Origin: Rozella allomycis CSF55
Taxonomy: Eukaryota
Assembly (NCBI GenBank): GCA_000442015.1
Contig: KE561117.1
Coordinates: 62,001 to 126,000, forward strand
Direction of reading: 5' to 3'
Length of the DNA stretch: 64,000 bases
Part shown: positions 26,407-37,805 of the stretch, piece by piece
Position numbering within the stretch: position 1 is the stretch's first letter
How the letters are laid out: each line of letters starts with the position of its first letter
Notes under the pieces: model-generated
Told to the model about the DNA's origin: nothing
The model's database searches: none
The model's input: only the letters and a program-made list of their open reading frames with translations
Made by a program: the position numbers and the translations under genes

Positions 26407-28702
26407 ATGACTTCGATCGAATTGCAATCCCATAATAGCTCATTAAATAATTTAGCCAATTCTAGACGAGATTTAGTGAATGTTCAAGACGCTAAATATG
26501 ACAAGAATCGAAAATGGAAAATCGCTGGCGGTGTTACATCTGGAATAATCCTGGTAGGCTTAGCAGTTGGATTAGGCGTTTACTACGGAATCAAATCATC
26601 TCAAGCTGGTTTGGATCCTCCTCTTGAGCCTCTTGAGTTTATTTACAAAGATGGACTAGACTATCCATGGAATACTTATTGGAATGAAACGGTTTCTACT
26701 AAACAAGATTGTGCTAGCGTATGTCAGAGAATCCCTGGATGCGAGTTTTTTACTTTTAGTTCTTCCCAAAAGCTGTGTCAATTAAAGTATACTGACAAAA
26801 GCTCACGTCATTTTACCCAATTCCGTGATCAAATTAGAGTCCTCTTTGGAGAAGTAAGGTTTGGATATTCACTTGGAAACACCACTGAAGCATCTCCCCA
26901 GGCTTGTCTTGATAAATGCAAGTCATCTAATGAATGTGATTTAGTGGCATATAAGGAGTATTTAGAGGAATTTGAACCTGATATGACCGGGAAAATTTAT
27001 TGCATGAAATTAGGTGTCCCAAGGGACTCCGACACAACCATTGGTTTTGCTAAAAACCCATATGGCTTGAATTTGCAACCAAAGACCAAAGGAAGATTCG
27101 ACGTGATCGGGAATTCAGGTGTAGTGGCTATACACGCGAATTTGATGCCTAACGGGAAAATATTATATTCTGCAAGACCAGAAGTGCGTAGAAAAGATCC
27201 TAAGACTGGTCAGCCGGCCCCTAATACGAAAGCTGTATCGCGCCCATCTATTGCTCCATTTGGTGAAATAGCCACTGTCTTCGACCCGCTTACTGGTACT
27301 TTTGTCACTGCCCCTGTAGATGAAAACACGTTTTGTAATGGTGCTTTACTTGCAGCTGATGGCTCTGTATTTTATAGTGGTGGTGACCCAGGTGGTGATA
27401 TTAGCCGAGCGTAAATTTTTGTATATTCTTAAATATTAGCCCTGGTTATGACCTTCAGGATGGACTAAAGAAGCAAAGGTACTTCAATTACAAGACTGGT
27501 CAGTGGACTTACATTCATGATATGGTATATCCTCGTTGGTACCCAAGTCCAATACGATTAGTTGATGGTACTATCTTCAGTTTCGGAGGTTCTACAAACG
27601 GCGCCGACGGAATTCCGCAACCAAACATGGACATTACAAAGCCCGGTGTAAATGTTAATACTGCAGTCCCATCCCCCTTAATTCTAGAAACTGGAACAGC
27701 CAATTACCCATATGTTCATTTAATTCCTTTTACAGGGCATGTATTTGTATTTGCTTATCAACATTGGGCCATCGTTGATAAGAATACAGGACTTGAAATA
27801 GAGAGACAAGTTCAACTTACTGAAGGTATACGCGGTGGCGATTATGTGACTGGTGCAACTCTGTTGCCACTGGAACCCGAAAAGAACTATGAAGCTGAAT
27901 TTGTTATATTTGGCGGCGCAAACAATAGACAGGAAGAAAAAGGACTAAGAACAGTTGCTCACTTGCTGTTAACAACAACGGGACCAAAGTAAAATATGCG
28001 ACAAAAAAATATCAGAAATTGGTTTTACGATTCCGATTTGATGCCTTACGGGCGAACATTAACAATGGCTGTGAACCAACCGAATGGAAAGATCTTGATA
28101 TTTGGAGGCGGTCACGCTGGAAAAACAGGTATAATGACTCTTTAATTGTTATAGGCGCTGATCCAAACGGTCTAACATTTATAAAGGGCCCAACAAATGA
28201 CGTTTTCTGCTATGACCCTTATGCTCCAGCGGGTAAGAAATTCACAGTTTTCGCTACCACGCCAATTAATAGACTTTACCACTCAACAGCTATTTTGTTG
28301 CCTGATGGCCGTACAACTTTATCTGGTGGCGATGAGGCAACGTTCATTACAGCGCAAACTTACGAATATCGAGTCGAGGCATTCACCCCTCCTTGGTTGC
28401 TCAATGATATACCAAGACCTGAGATTAAACAGGCACCCACAGGATTAATTGCTTACGGATCTACATTTACGGTTACATATTCTGGTACTGTTTCTCGCGT
28501 TTCTATAGTCACTCCTGGTAGCTCCACACATGCCGTTGATTTTACACAAAGAGTTGTTTTCTTAAAAGTCGAACAAAAGGATTCCTCATCTTTAACATTG
28601 AGAGCTCCACCCGATGCGACCATTATTTTGCAAGGTTATCACATGTTGTTCTTGTTAAATAATGACACTCCATCAGTAGCAGCATGGGTTCAATTCGGAT
28701 AA
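26407..28702 (+). CDS. Membrane-anchored AA5 copper radical oxidase (glyoxal/galactose oxidase family) with two PAN/apple-like domains
   Basis: N-terminal TM helix, two CxxxC..C Cys-rich modules, TFCNG (Cys), RWYPS (Tyr), RLYHS (Tyr/His), STHA (His), C-terminal DUF1929-like APP..GYHMLF; three introns. Confidence 0.85.
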
Positions 28703-28835
28703 TTCTCAATAAATCCGACTTCAAAATAGTTATTTTTTCCAATGTGGGGTATAATGAAAAATGATACAAATAAGAAACTATAATGACCGCAATTACAAAT
28801 AACTTATTCACAAACATTTATTGAAGATTACAAAA

Positions 28836-30925
28836 TTACACACATCCAAGGCAATTACATATCCATTCATGAACGGCATCATTTTTCTGCAAGTCCAACT
28901 TTTTCGACTGGTATTCTCTGATTTCAGATATTAATTTTGCTTCCATAGCCAACTTTTCAAAATTATAGATCTTCTTTTCCGTATCAAGGAATTTTGGATA
29001 TGCATCCTCAACACTCTTCAAATCGCTCAAATATAATTCTTAATCATTACATTCATAGAGTTTACCCATGCACGGCACCAATGGGCCCGCGCTTCGTTTC
29101 AAATCTTCTCTATATAACCTGTAATTCCCTTTAGGACTCATTAACGACACATAAAAATTTAGTCGTTGATGTTGTTTAGGGGGAAGAATTTTCCAAATAT
29201 CTTTGAGTTTAGCTATTTCAGCATTCTGGAAAACACGTATAATACACATTATTGCGTCATAATTTCTTAAAGAATGCAAAATCTTTTATCGAAAGAACTA
29301 ACAATTACTTCACACAGCTTTATTAGAGTGTTAACAATTTTCACACTTTCATTTACAGCTTTCCGTTTCAAAATTGCTTTAACCAAAAATTTGGTCATGT
29401 TTTGGAACCCTTTGCCATAAGCTAAAATACTTTCTGCCAAAAGTTTGTTTGAACAGGTCTGTATCATTTCAATAGGAGAAATATGTTGTAATAAATCAAA
29501 AGAAATCAATGTCCATTGTTTAGCCCATTCATAAATGCTTATTTTGTCAAGTTTACCAAAAACCCCTTCATTAGATCTTTTCAGTTGAGATATTTGTAGA
29601 ATCATTTTACAAAGAGTAGTTGAAGAACGCTTGTTATTCTAATAATAGTATTTATGCATCTCTACTTTTATCTTTTCTAGACCTGATAAAATCTCGTTGC
29701 TGGTAACAAGATTGTCGTGATTGAGTATAACATTTTCAGCAAAAGACTTAATTTTTTTAATTAACGCGGTCTCATTGTATAAAATTTCGTTGTAATCAGT
29801 TATCCAATCTTTTAGAGAAAGCGCTACATTGTCTTTATAGTCCGTTGAAGAAGTTTCTATCTCTTCTATTGTCGGCGAATAGTAACTCTTAAACAAATTA
29901 AAATGACTTTACCGATAAATTAATAGATCCAGTAAAGTCTCCGGGTATGTTATCTGCTCAATTGTGCACAAAATGATGTTTCTACATTCAAATTTATTTT
30001 CAACCAAGGCGTGGACCAAACCCAGTAAAGTCGCCCCTTTCAGGTTATTTTCTTTGATTATTATTTGTTCATAAACATTGTCAAATGTGCCGTGAGTAGC
30101 TTGCAGTCTTTTGTAATTTATGAAATTCGATGAACCATTAAGTCTATGCTTTTGATTTTGGTTTTCATAATTATAAAGGCTTGTTTTAGATTCAGAAGAT
30201 ATTATTAAAGAACTTGTCGATTGAGTACTCTTGGTCTTTTTCAATTTGTTGTGAAGTTCAATTGAGAGGCTATCATTTTTGCTTCCTATAATGAAAGATT
30301 GCTGTGATAAAGATTTCAAGAGTTGACTATGACTGATGAGATCCGGAATATTGTTTTGCAGGTCATCACGTGCACTACATTCTCCAATGACAATATTAGC
30401 ATCTGTTTTTACATTTGGATACTCTTCAAAGATAGAAGAGCTTGACCCAAATAAAAATTGACCTGAGTGTGCATTTGATGCATCTTTATGTTCAATCTCC
30501 GTTGCAACAATTTTCATAGCTACCAACTTAGTTTCTTCATCTGTTGCACATGTACCTTCAGGATTTTTGAAGTTCAATTTTAATTCTCTTTTTGTATCAT
30601 ATATTTTGTTAAAACCTGGTCTATTAATCATTAGAACTGGTTGAAATATTGGTCTGAATGACCATGTTCGAGTGTACTGCGCATCTCTTGGTATATTAAA
30701 TTCATAATTGCATATTTCATAGTCTTCAATAGGGTCTTTCGCTGAAATTTCTAATTCATCTTGCTTGATTAATTGCTTTGTATTGAAGGATTGAATTTTC
30801 TGACCAAAATTTTTATGGTTTGCCAAAAATCTATAAGCGAAGAGTGATCTTATGTCTTAAAAGTTTGTGAATTACGCGATTCCTAGTATCAAAATAGAGG
30901 TTAACTGAAATTCATCGGAAATCAT
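28836..30925 (-). CDS. RasGEF (REM + CDC25) paralog A with degenerate catalytic hairpin
   Basis: LKGATLLGLVHALVE, LKDWITDY, LRNYDAIMCI, GNYRLYRE..PLVPCM; start inferred at 30925 with an N-terminal hydrophobic segment. Confidence 0.75.
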
Positions 30926-30971
30926 TTAACTCCATGGAAACAGAATTTTATTAAGTACGCTGTACATATAC

Positions 30972-32302
30972 TTATGATGAAATGCAGATGAGGTCTTCGT
31001 TAGATGATGTTTTATATTTTGCGTCTATACCATATTCAAAATGATTTTACTTAATTCTTCATAATATTTGAAGTGATTAACATCAAGTGCCTGCAATTTT
31101 TGCAGTTCATCACCCAAGGGTATATGGGCTTCTTGTTTAAGCCATGAAAGCATATATAGTGGCCCTTGATTAAATAATTTTTGTTTCCTTACATTTTGCC
31201 GTAGGCTCAAGTTTATGAAGCTCGGACAATGTTTCTATCTCTTTGACAATCATGGATCTTCTATTTCTAATGTCAGAAGCCATGGACTCAAAAGATATTC
31301 GTTTTTCTTTAATATGAATGCCGCCAATTACAAAACCGAAATCTCCTCGTGCGATTTTACCTTTGTCTTCAGAGTTACAATCAGAATAGAATGTCCCATA
31401 ATCAAATTTCTCTAAATTTATTTCTTTATCGGTAAAAACTATTTTTACAACATCCCAATTACTTGGATATATTTGCGCTTTGATTTGGCCGCCAGATATG
31501 TGCAAATTTAAAAGGCGGACTGTTGCTGCTAGTTTCAAGATTATTTTGTAGAGTTTACTTTGATTAATAAGCCATTTATAATAAAACCAGGCTGATTGAT
31601 CATTTGGTTCGGTAAAGATCGCATTCTTGATAAACTCAATGTCTACTTAATTGAAACTTTCAAATAGAACCTTTAGTAATGGCTTCTCTTTTCTCATCAT
31701 TATGCATATTTAGTATCATATTAGATCGATGATGCCATGCTGAATAGTTGGAGAAATTCTGAGACACTTTTACCAAACAAAATTCCAAGTTTCGTTTTTC
31801 GTCATCAATAAATTTAAGCAAAAAGTTTCTAAAATTCCAACAGTGAACTATAATATTATGTGACTTGTGAACTTACAATTCCGTGGATCTAAATTTAACA
31901 TTATTTCTGTGAGAGCAAGTTCTTTTTCAATATTAAGCCATTCTTTTTCTGAATTATTCAATATCCATTTTCTATGAAACCAAACGCAATATGATTTAGG
32001 GAAGCTTTGAATGCATCTCTTGGTAAGATTTAGGTCATTTTCGAGTAATATCTTTGCCCTCTCTAGGTCTTGCTGCTTTGTTTTTAAAAAATTGCGTTTC
32101 CTTAGATTCCAAAGAGAATACAAATCAGCATTCAATAAAAGGCCTCGTTCAGTCCATCGTAGTAAATTATCTTCGCTCATAGATGAAATGTCCAATTTTG
32201 AAAACTCGTGATGAAAATTGGATAGACTTGTAACTAAATCATCGTTTTTAAAACACCTCTCAACGCCGTGCTAAGGTCAAAAAACTAAATTTTGGGCACC
32301 AT
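30972..32302 (-). CDS. BET4: Rab geranylgeranyltransferase type II alpha subunit
   Basis: ATG|intron|HGVER, YSLWNLRK, PKSYCVWFHRKW, LDPRNFHCW, NFSNYSAWHHR, NAIFTEPNDQSAWFY; 3' end less certain. Confidence 0.85.
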
Positions 32303-32330
32303 TTAGAGAAAGCGAAAATTCAGAAATTTA

Positions 32331-33224
32331 TTATTCCACGCTTTCTAACGATCCAATTGATTCCTTTTTGAGAAATTTTTTCTCATTTAATTTCTTTGTC
32401 CGAGGGCTTGCCTGTGATAGAATAATCGGTGTTTTGGTAAAATTTCCAATGGTTTTCCTAATTGCTATAAAAGTAACCTAGAAATATTTACTGCCATTTA
32501 AACTATTGTTAGTTTTGTTGGCTTGATCATCATTGTCAGAGTCGGATAAAACAATTTCATCGGGAAAGGCATCTTCGTCATGTTGAGTTGTGTAGCGCGC
32601 GTTGAAATCAAGATCACCAAATTCTTCATCTTCATCGCTAGCTTTTAGGTTTCCACCTGCAAGTGATTGGTCTGTTCCAGAAATCTCATCTCTTATAACT
32701 TCAAATTCTTGCATTTTGTTCAATTTATTTAAGATACGCGCACTTTTGTCCTCTTCCAGGACAATTTTTAGAACTGTACCCATTGCAATTTCTTGAGACG
32801 GCTCTGAAAAGTTTCTAGCGAAAGCTGATTGTTTCTGCCATTCTTCAAAGAATTGACTAAAACGCTCCTTTTCTTGATCGTTCAATTCAAACGGGGGTAA
32901 CAAATTTGTATCTATTGAATTTATAAAGTTTTCCTCAATTTGTGCATCAACGTCCTTCCTTCCTAAATCTTTTATTCTCTTCAAAAAATGATATTTGCTA
33001 CGCTTCTCTGCAGCCAATACACTGGAGCAAGTTTTCAGGGCTTCTAAAGTCGACATTTCAACAGCGTTTATTATTTTTTCTAAGATTCTGATTTGCTGCT
33101 GTCGTAATTGATCTTCTTGTTTCCCCACAACTAATTTTTGTTCTACAATTTCCTGTTTTTTAAGGAAAACGGGAGAGAAATAGCTGAAAATCCAATTTAC
33201 CAAAGTTTTTATAAATAAAAGCAT
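32331..33224 (-). CDS. Hypothetical protein
   Basis: 248-aa ORF extended by a 27-nt intron to a stop at 32331; N-terminal hydrophobic stretch and acidic tail; no family recognised. Confidence 0.55.
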
Positions 33225-33291
33225 TACTTATCGACTGTAACCATGCTCAAAATTGACAAAAACAATTTCTCTGGAAAGCCACCCAGGGGTT

Positions 33292-35615
33292 ATGATTGAA
33301 CAGAAACGATGGTTTTTTCATGAAAGAAACAAAATTTTAACATTTATTAAAGAAAGAAAGGTTGGAAAGGTTGTGTCAAGCTCTCACATGATATACGGTT
33401 ATCGAATATACGTTGTAGAACAATGGTAGCAATTAAATATCTACTAAACAGGCTAATTGATAGGAATAGGTTATATAATTCTTTAATTACATTTACTGGC
33501 GACTTGAATGATAAAGTATTCATAAAATGTTTGAAATACAGGTCAACGTATGCAGCGTCGAGTTTTCCACTCCTTCAAAGACTATAGACAAATTATTTAG
33601 CCAATATAAAATGGACAAGGCCAAGTCAATCGCAATAGATGATTGCGAGCTAATGGTTCTTAATTTAACCCAATTTCCCGCAGATTTAAATTTGATACAG
33701 GTTGAAGATGGAGAATATGATTTACACATTAGGACAATTTTATTAAATTTAAATTTAAAGAGACTTGGATTCACATCTAGAGGATTGATAAATATTGTTG
33801 ATCAAAGGTGCCATTAAAGTTATTATGCTATTGTAGTAATGTGCATCAAGATAAATTTTATCAAATATATAAAATTTCAGAAAACATACCGATTAGCTTT
33901 GCTATATTTGAAGTGATGGTATTGATTCAGACGTCCTTGGCGATACTTGGATATTTTGATTCAAATATGATCGATGGCATTTTTTGTGATTTCACCTTGA
34001 AAGCTTTGGAATTTTTTCAAATTGATTACAATATTAATGTCGAAACAGAGGTATCTTTAAACAGGTTTACATAAAAGGCCGACAGATTATGTTCCCTTGC
34101 CTTAATAGTGTCATTATTGAGCAAAGTGAATGTGTATAACAATAAACTTGGTTTACTTGGTTTTCAAGTGCCTTTGGATCCATTTACTGAATATCAAGAA
34201 CTGAATTCTATAGTCACCTTATTTCAAGTAGAGAAAAAAATATATCTTTAGAAAGAATTCGGCAAATTTAGATCCTACGGGATATCTCGATGAGCATACT
34301 AACAGAGCAATCGATGAATTAGTCGTCAAAACATTTAGACAGATGGAAAAAAGGCCAAAAAATATGAAGAAAAAGATTCATGAATATCCGAGTACTAGTG
34401 ATTGAAAATTTTTTTAGTTAATTTTGAAACGACTGATTTAAATACATTAATGGAAGGTACATCGATTAAGCGATTGAGATATCTGTGGCTTGGAACGTCA
34501 AAACATGTGAATCAAGAAAGCGGTGCTGGAATATTACAAGAATCCAAAGAAATAGGAAAATCAATTTTAAGAGAAGTGGCTCATAAAGTAAAAACTCTCT
34601 AATGAACCACCCAGGGAAAAAATCAAATCTACAAGGACAAAGATGTCAAAGAAGCAAAGAGGCTATTAGAGCATATAAAAAAGTTCTCTTCATTTAAAAA
34701 CAAACAAAATACCCTTCCTTTTACTGTTCTTGATGACAATTCATTGGAAAAGATGGCACTCACGTCAATCTCTGATTTTGATGAAGAAAAATCAAAAACA
34801 CCCGACGATGGTAAACATGTTTTTAAAGAAAATAAAGAAAACTCCCCAAGCAATGATTTTTACGGTGATATTTCACCTATGGGCTCAACATGCGCGATTA
34901 TGGAAATCGATCCCGAGGAAATTCCGAAATTTCGAGATCAGAGAATTAAATCGTTAGTTTTAGATGAAAATCAAAATAAAAGAGGCATTTTGTGGCACAG
35001 ATCTCTATCTTATTCAGATTTTTTAAGTTTACGCGATGAAAACGACGATGAAGATGTCTCCGACATAGACATTAAGGATTGGAATGAACTGATCATTTTC
35101 CAGAATCAAATTCAATCAAAGCAAGAATCAATAAATGAATTATTAAAAGTACTTGAAGTAAATCAATGTATATTTTATTTCCAAGAATTTAGAAACTTAC
35201 GGAGAATCTCGAAACCACGAATTTAAAACCAACTTGGAGACATTGGAAGAGAAAATAAGCGTAAATAAAATATGAATTTCTTATTCAGGAAGTTAAACTT
35301 ACAATCCAAGAAATATATAAATGCCAAAATGATGTTACATCTTTAATTGATGAACTTCAACTGGAGTCATCAAAATTACACTATGACTTAAACATATATG
35401 AAGAAAAAATTAAAGATGTGAATGATCTAATGATCGCCGAAAGTATGCACAGTTCTGGAGCGTCCACTAGCAACATTTTCTTAAATGTTTTTCAAATGAT
35501 GTTTTCAGCGTCCAGTAGATTATTTTATTTTAATAGAGTAGGTATAGCTGCAATATACATTATGATGGTACCAAGTAAAGTAAAAGAATTCTTAAACGGA
35601 AATAAATTAAACTAA
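33292..35615 (+). CDS. STB6-like (Sin3-binding) protein
   Basis: GYRIYVVEQWLIDR..ITFTGD, LMVLNLTQF..LIQVEDG, LNLNLKRLG, DGIFCDFT, RLRYLWLG; C-terminal coiled coil; many introns. Confidence 0.8.
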
Positions 35616-35683
35616 TTCCTTGTAAAGGATCTGTTATCGGCAATTTAATTACCCCTTCTTCCACGTTTTCCAAGCCACTCAAA

Positions 35684-36421
35684 ATGAAATTCATCCTTTC
35701 ATTCATTGTTACTTTGCTTTTGAAGGTAACCTGCGCTGCGCCTATTAATTATGAAACTCAATTAGCTTTGAAAGAAGCGATATTGATGGATGATGTCCGA
35801 GGAATCGCCCAACTTACGTTAAGCCTTGACGATTTGGATCGCACATATTTTAATCTTCCCACGCACATATCTCCTGACCATGAAGCTGTATCTCCGTTAA
35901 ATTTGGCATTGCTCTTTAGTAGGTACCAAGTCGCTCAGTGTTTGCTTGATAAGGGAATGGATCCTAGAAAAGAGAACTATAATGAAAACAACTCTCTCTA
36001 TTTTCTAGTCTTGGCGGGTAATCATGAGAGCATCGCTTGGCTTATGAAATATGATAATGGAAGGTTTAAATCCATGGTCAAAGATCGAGGTCGAAATGGT
36101 GGCATATTATCACTGGCAATACAACTTGACACTCCCAATGTATTCGATGCTCTAATTGAGTTTGGCGCGGATATAAACAATGATGTCGGCGAAGAACCTC
36201 TACTGCATGATATTATGCAGCTTGATAAACCAACTACATATTTGAGAAGATTAATAAATTTGGGCGCGGATCTTAAAATTCAAGACTCTGATGGTAATAC
36301 CGCTCTCCATGTAGCCGATCCTGAAGATATGGAAGCAATTGAATTACTAGTAATAAACGAACCGGGGTTAATTAACATTGCAAACAATTATGGTGAATTA
36401 CCAGAAATTGGTTCTTATTAA
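35684..36421 (+). CDS. Secreted ankyrin-repeat protein
   Basis: Signal-peptide-like MKFILSFIVTLLLKVTCA; ankyrin motifs SPLNLA..LLDKGMD, LIEFGADIN, LINLGADLKIQDSDGNTALHVA; intronless. Confidence 0.85.
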   Translation: MKFILSFIVTLLLKVTCAAPINYETQLALKEAILMDDVRGIAQLTLSLDDLDRTYFNLPTHISPDHEAVSPLNLALLFSRYQVAQCLLDKGMDPRKENYNENNSLYFLVLAGNHESIAWLMKYDNGRFKSMVKDRGRNGGILSLAIQLDTPNVFDALIEFGADINNDVGEEPLLHDIMQLDKPTTYLRRLINLGADLKIQDSDGNTALHVADPEDMEAIELLVINEPGLINIANNYGELPEIGSY

Positions 36422-36473
36422 GCATAATAAATAGTCTTTAAATAACTAATGTATTATCTGTTTATTTATGCGT

Positions 36474-37534
36474 TCAATTATCCCAAAATGTCATAAATAA
36501 GTCGTGGTCATTACTAAATTCGTCATCTAACGGTAAAAAGGAAGAAAGTGACGATATTGACGTGCATGACTGGGACAGCGAATCTCCAACGGTGTTTCCT
36601 GCACTTTTATTTTTGTCTCTTAAAGTATTTGGCAATTTTATTTGGCTTCTATCTCTCCTTTCTGGGCACGGAAGTCCAAGTTCTTTACTCTTCTCGATGA
36701 ATTGCTCCAGCTCCTGATCGTATCTCTTCTTGTCCGCCACTGCCTTTTCGTAGTAAATGGCTTTTTGGTCGTCCGTTAATTCCTTCCACTTTTGAGCCAC
36801 TTGACATGCTCGATCTTTGAAAGGCACATCCAACTAGATGAGAATGTACTGTACGAATTACCCCTGGACTTATTTCTTTTGTGAAAATAACATACGCGGA
36901 TACATTTCTTTTAGGCTTTTTTGGTATTAATGAAGGATCTTTTGGGCGGGGAGGCGGGAGTTCCAAAGGTTTGCATGCAGAAGTATTACCTTTGATATGC
37001 TTCTCATAATACTCATTTTGTTGCTTAAAACGTTCTTTATCTTGATTAGCTGCTTGGTAGTACGGCAATTTTTCACTTTCAGTCATTTGTTTCCACTTTT
37101 GTGCTATCACCATGCTTTTTTCTTGGAAATTGAGAGGCCTACCATTAAAGTCAGGTAGCTAGTTTGCTATAACTAAAAAAAATTACATTGTTATATAAGT
37201 GTTTTGTAAAAAACATATATGCAGTCAAGTTCTTCTTGGGAGCATTTTTCTCCCTAGACGGCCGCTCCCTTCGCCTCCGTTTCTTTATTCCATCGTCTAC
37301 CGATGTTTCAGAATTATTTGGAGCTGTACGATCCATCTCTTTTCCAAAATCTATATTATCCATTCTCATGCCAGCTTGATTCATAATATCAAATTCATTG
37401 TAAAGGGTTAGTTGCCCTTGTTGTGATAAGCAGAAAACTCTAGATCCAGGAAGCATTCCACTTGATCTTATAATATCAGATGGTATGCGAATGCTTCCAT
37501 CACTGTCTACAAACAACTCATATTCTGAGAGCAT
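36474..37534 (-). CDS. Two-HMG-box protein with an N-terminal AbrB/MazE-like domain
   Basis: HMG1 APKKNLTAYMFF..IAQKWKQMTESEKLPY..DKERF; HMG2 KPKRNVSAYVIF..VAQKWKELTDDQKAIY..DKKRY; two 28-nt introns; N-terminus VDSDGSIRIPSDIIRSSGMLPGSRV. Confidence 0.85.
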
Positions 37535-37805
37535 TACACCAAAGGCCTTTCAAAATCTGAAATTTACAAGTACTAAAATTATGATCCCTACTTGGTATTC
37601 AGAATTATTTATCTAAAAGTTTTTGAAATCATCATTATATGTAAAGGTTGATTGAATATTGATTTTTGACGACACGATTACCAAAGGTTGGTGATTAACA
37701 ATGTGAAATTGAGCTATTTTATCATGTTCCAATATTATAGTTTACATCATGAAAGATACCTTTATAACTTAAAAAATTAAAATCAATCAGTTTATTGAAT
37801 AATTA

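Noticed and set aside
36474-37534. HMG gene as a Mucorales-type sex locus
   Set aside because: Two HMGB-type boxes; neighbours are not a triose-phosphate transporter and RNA helicase
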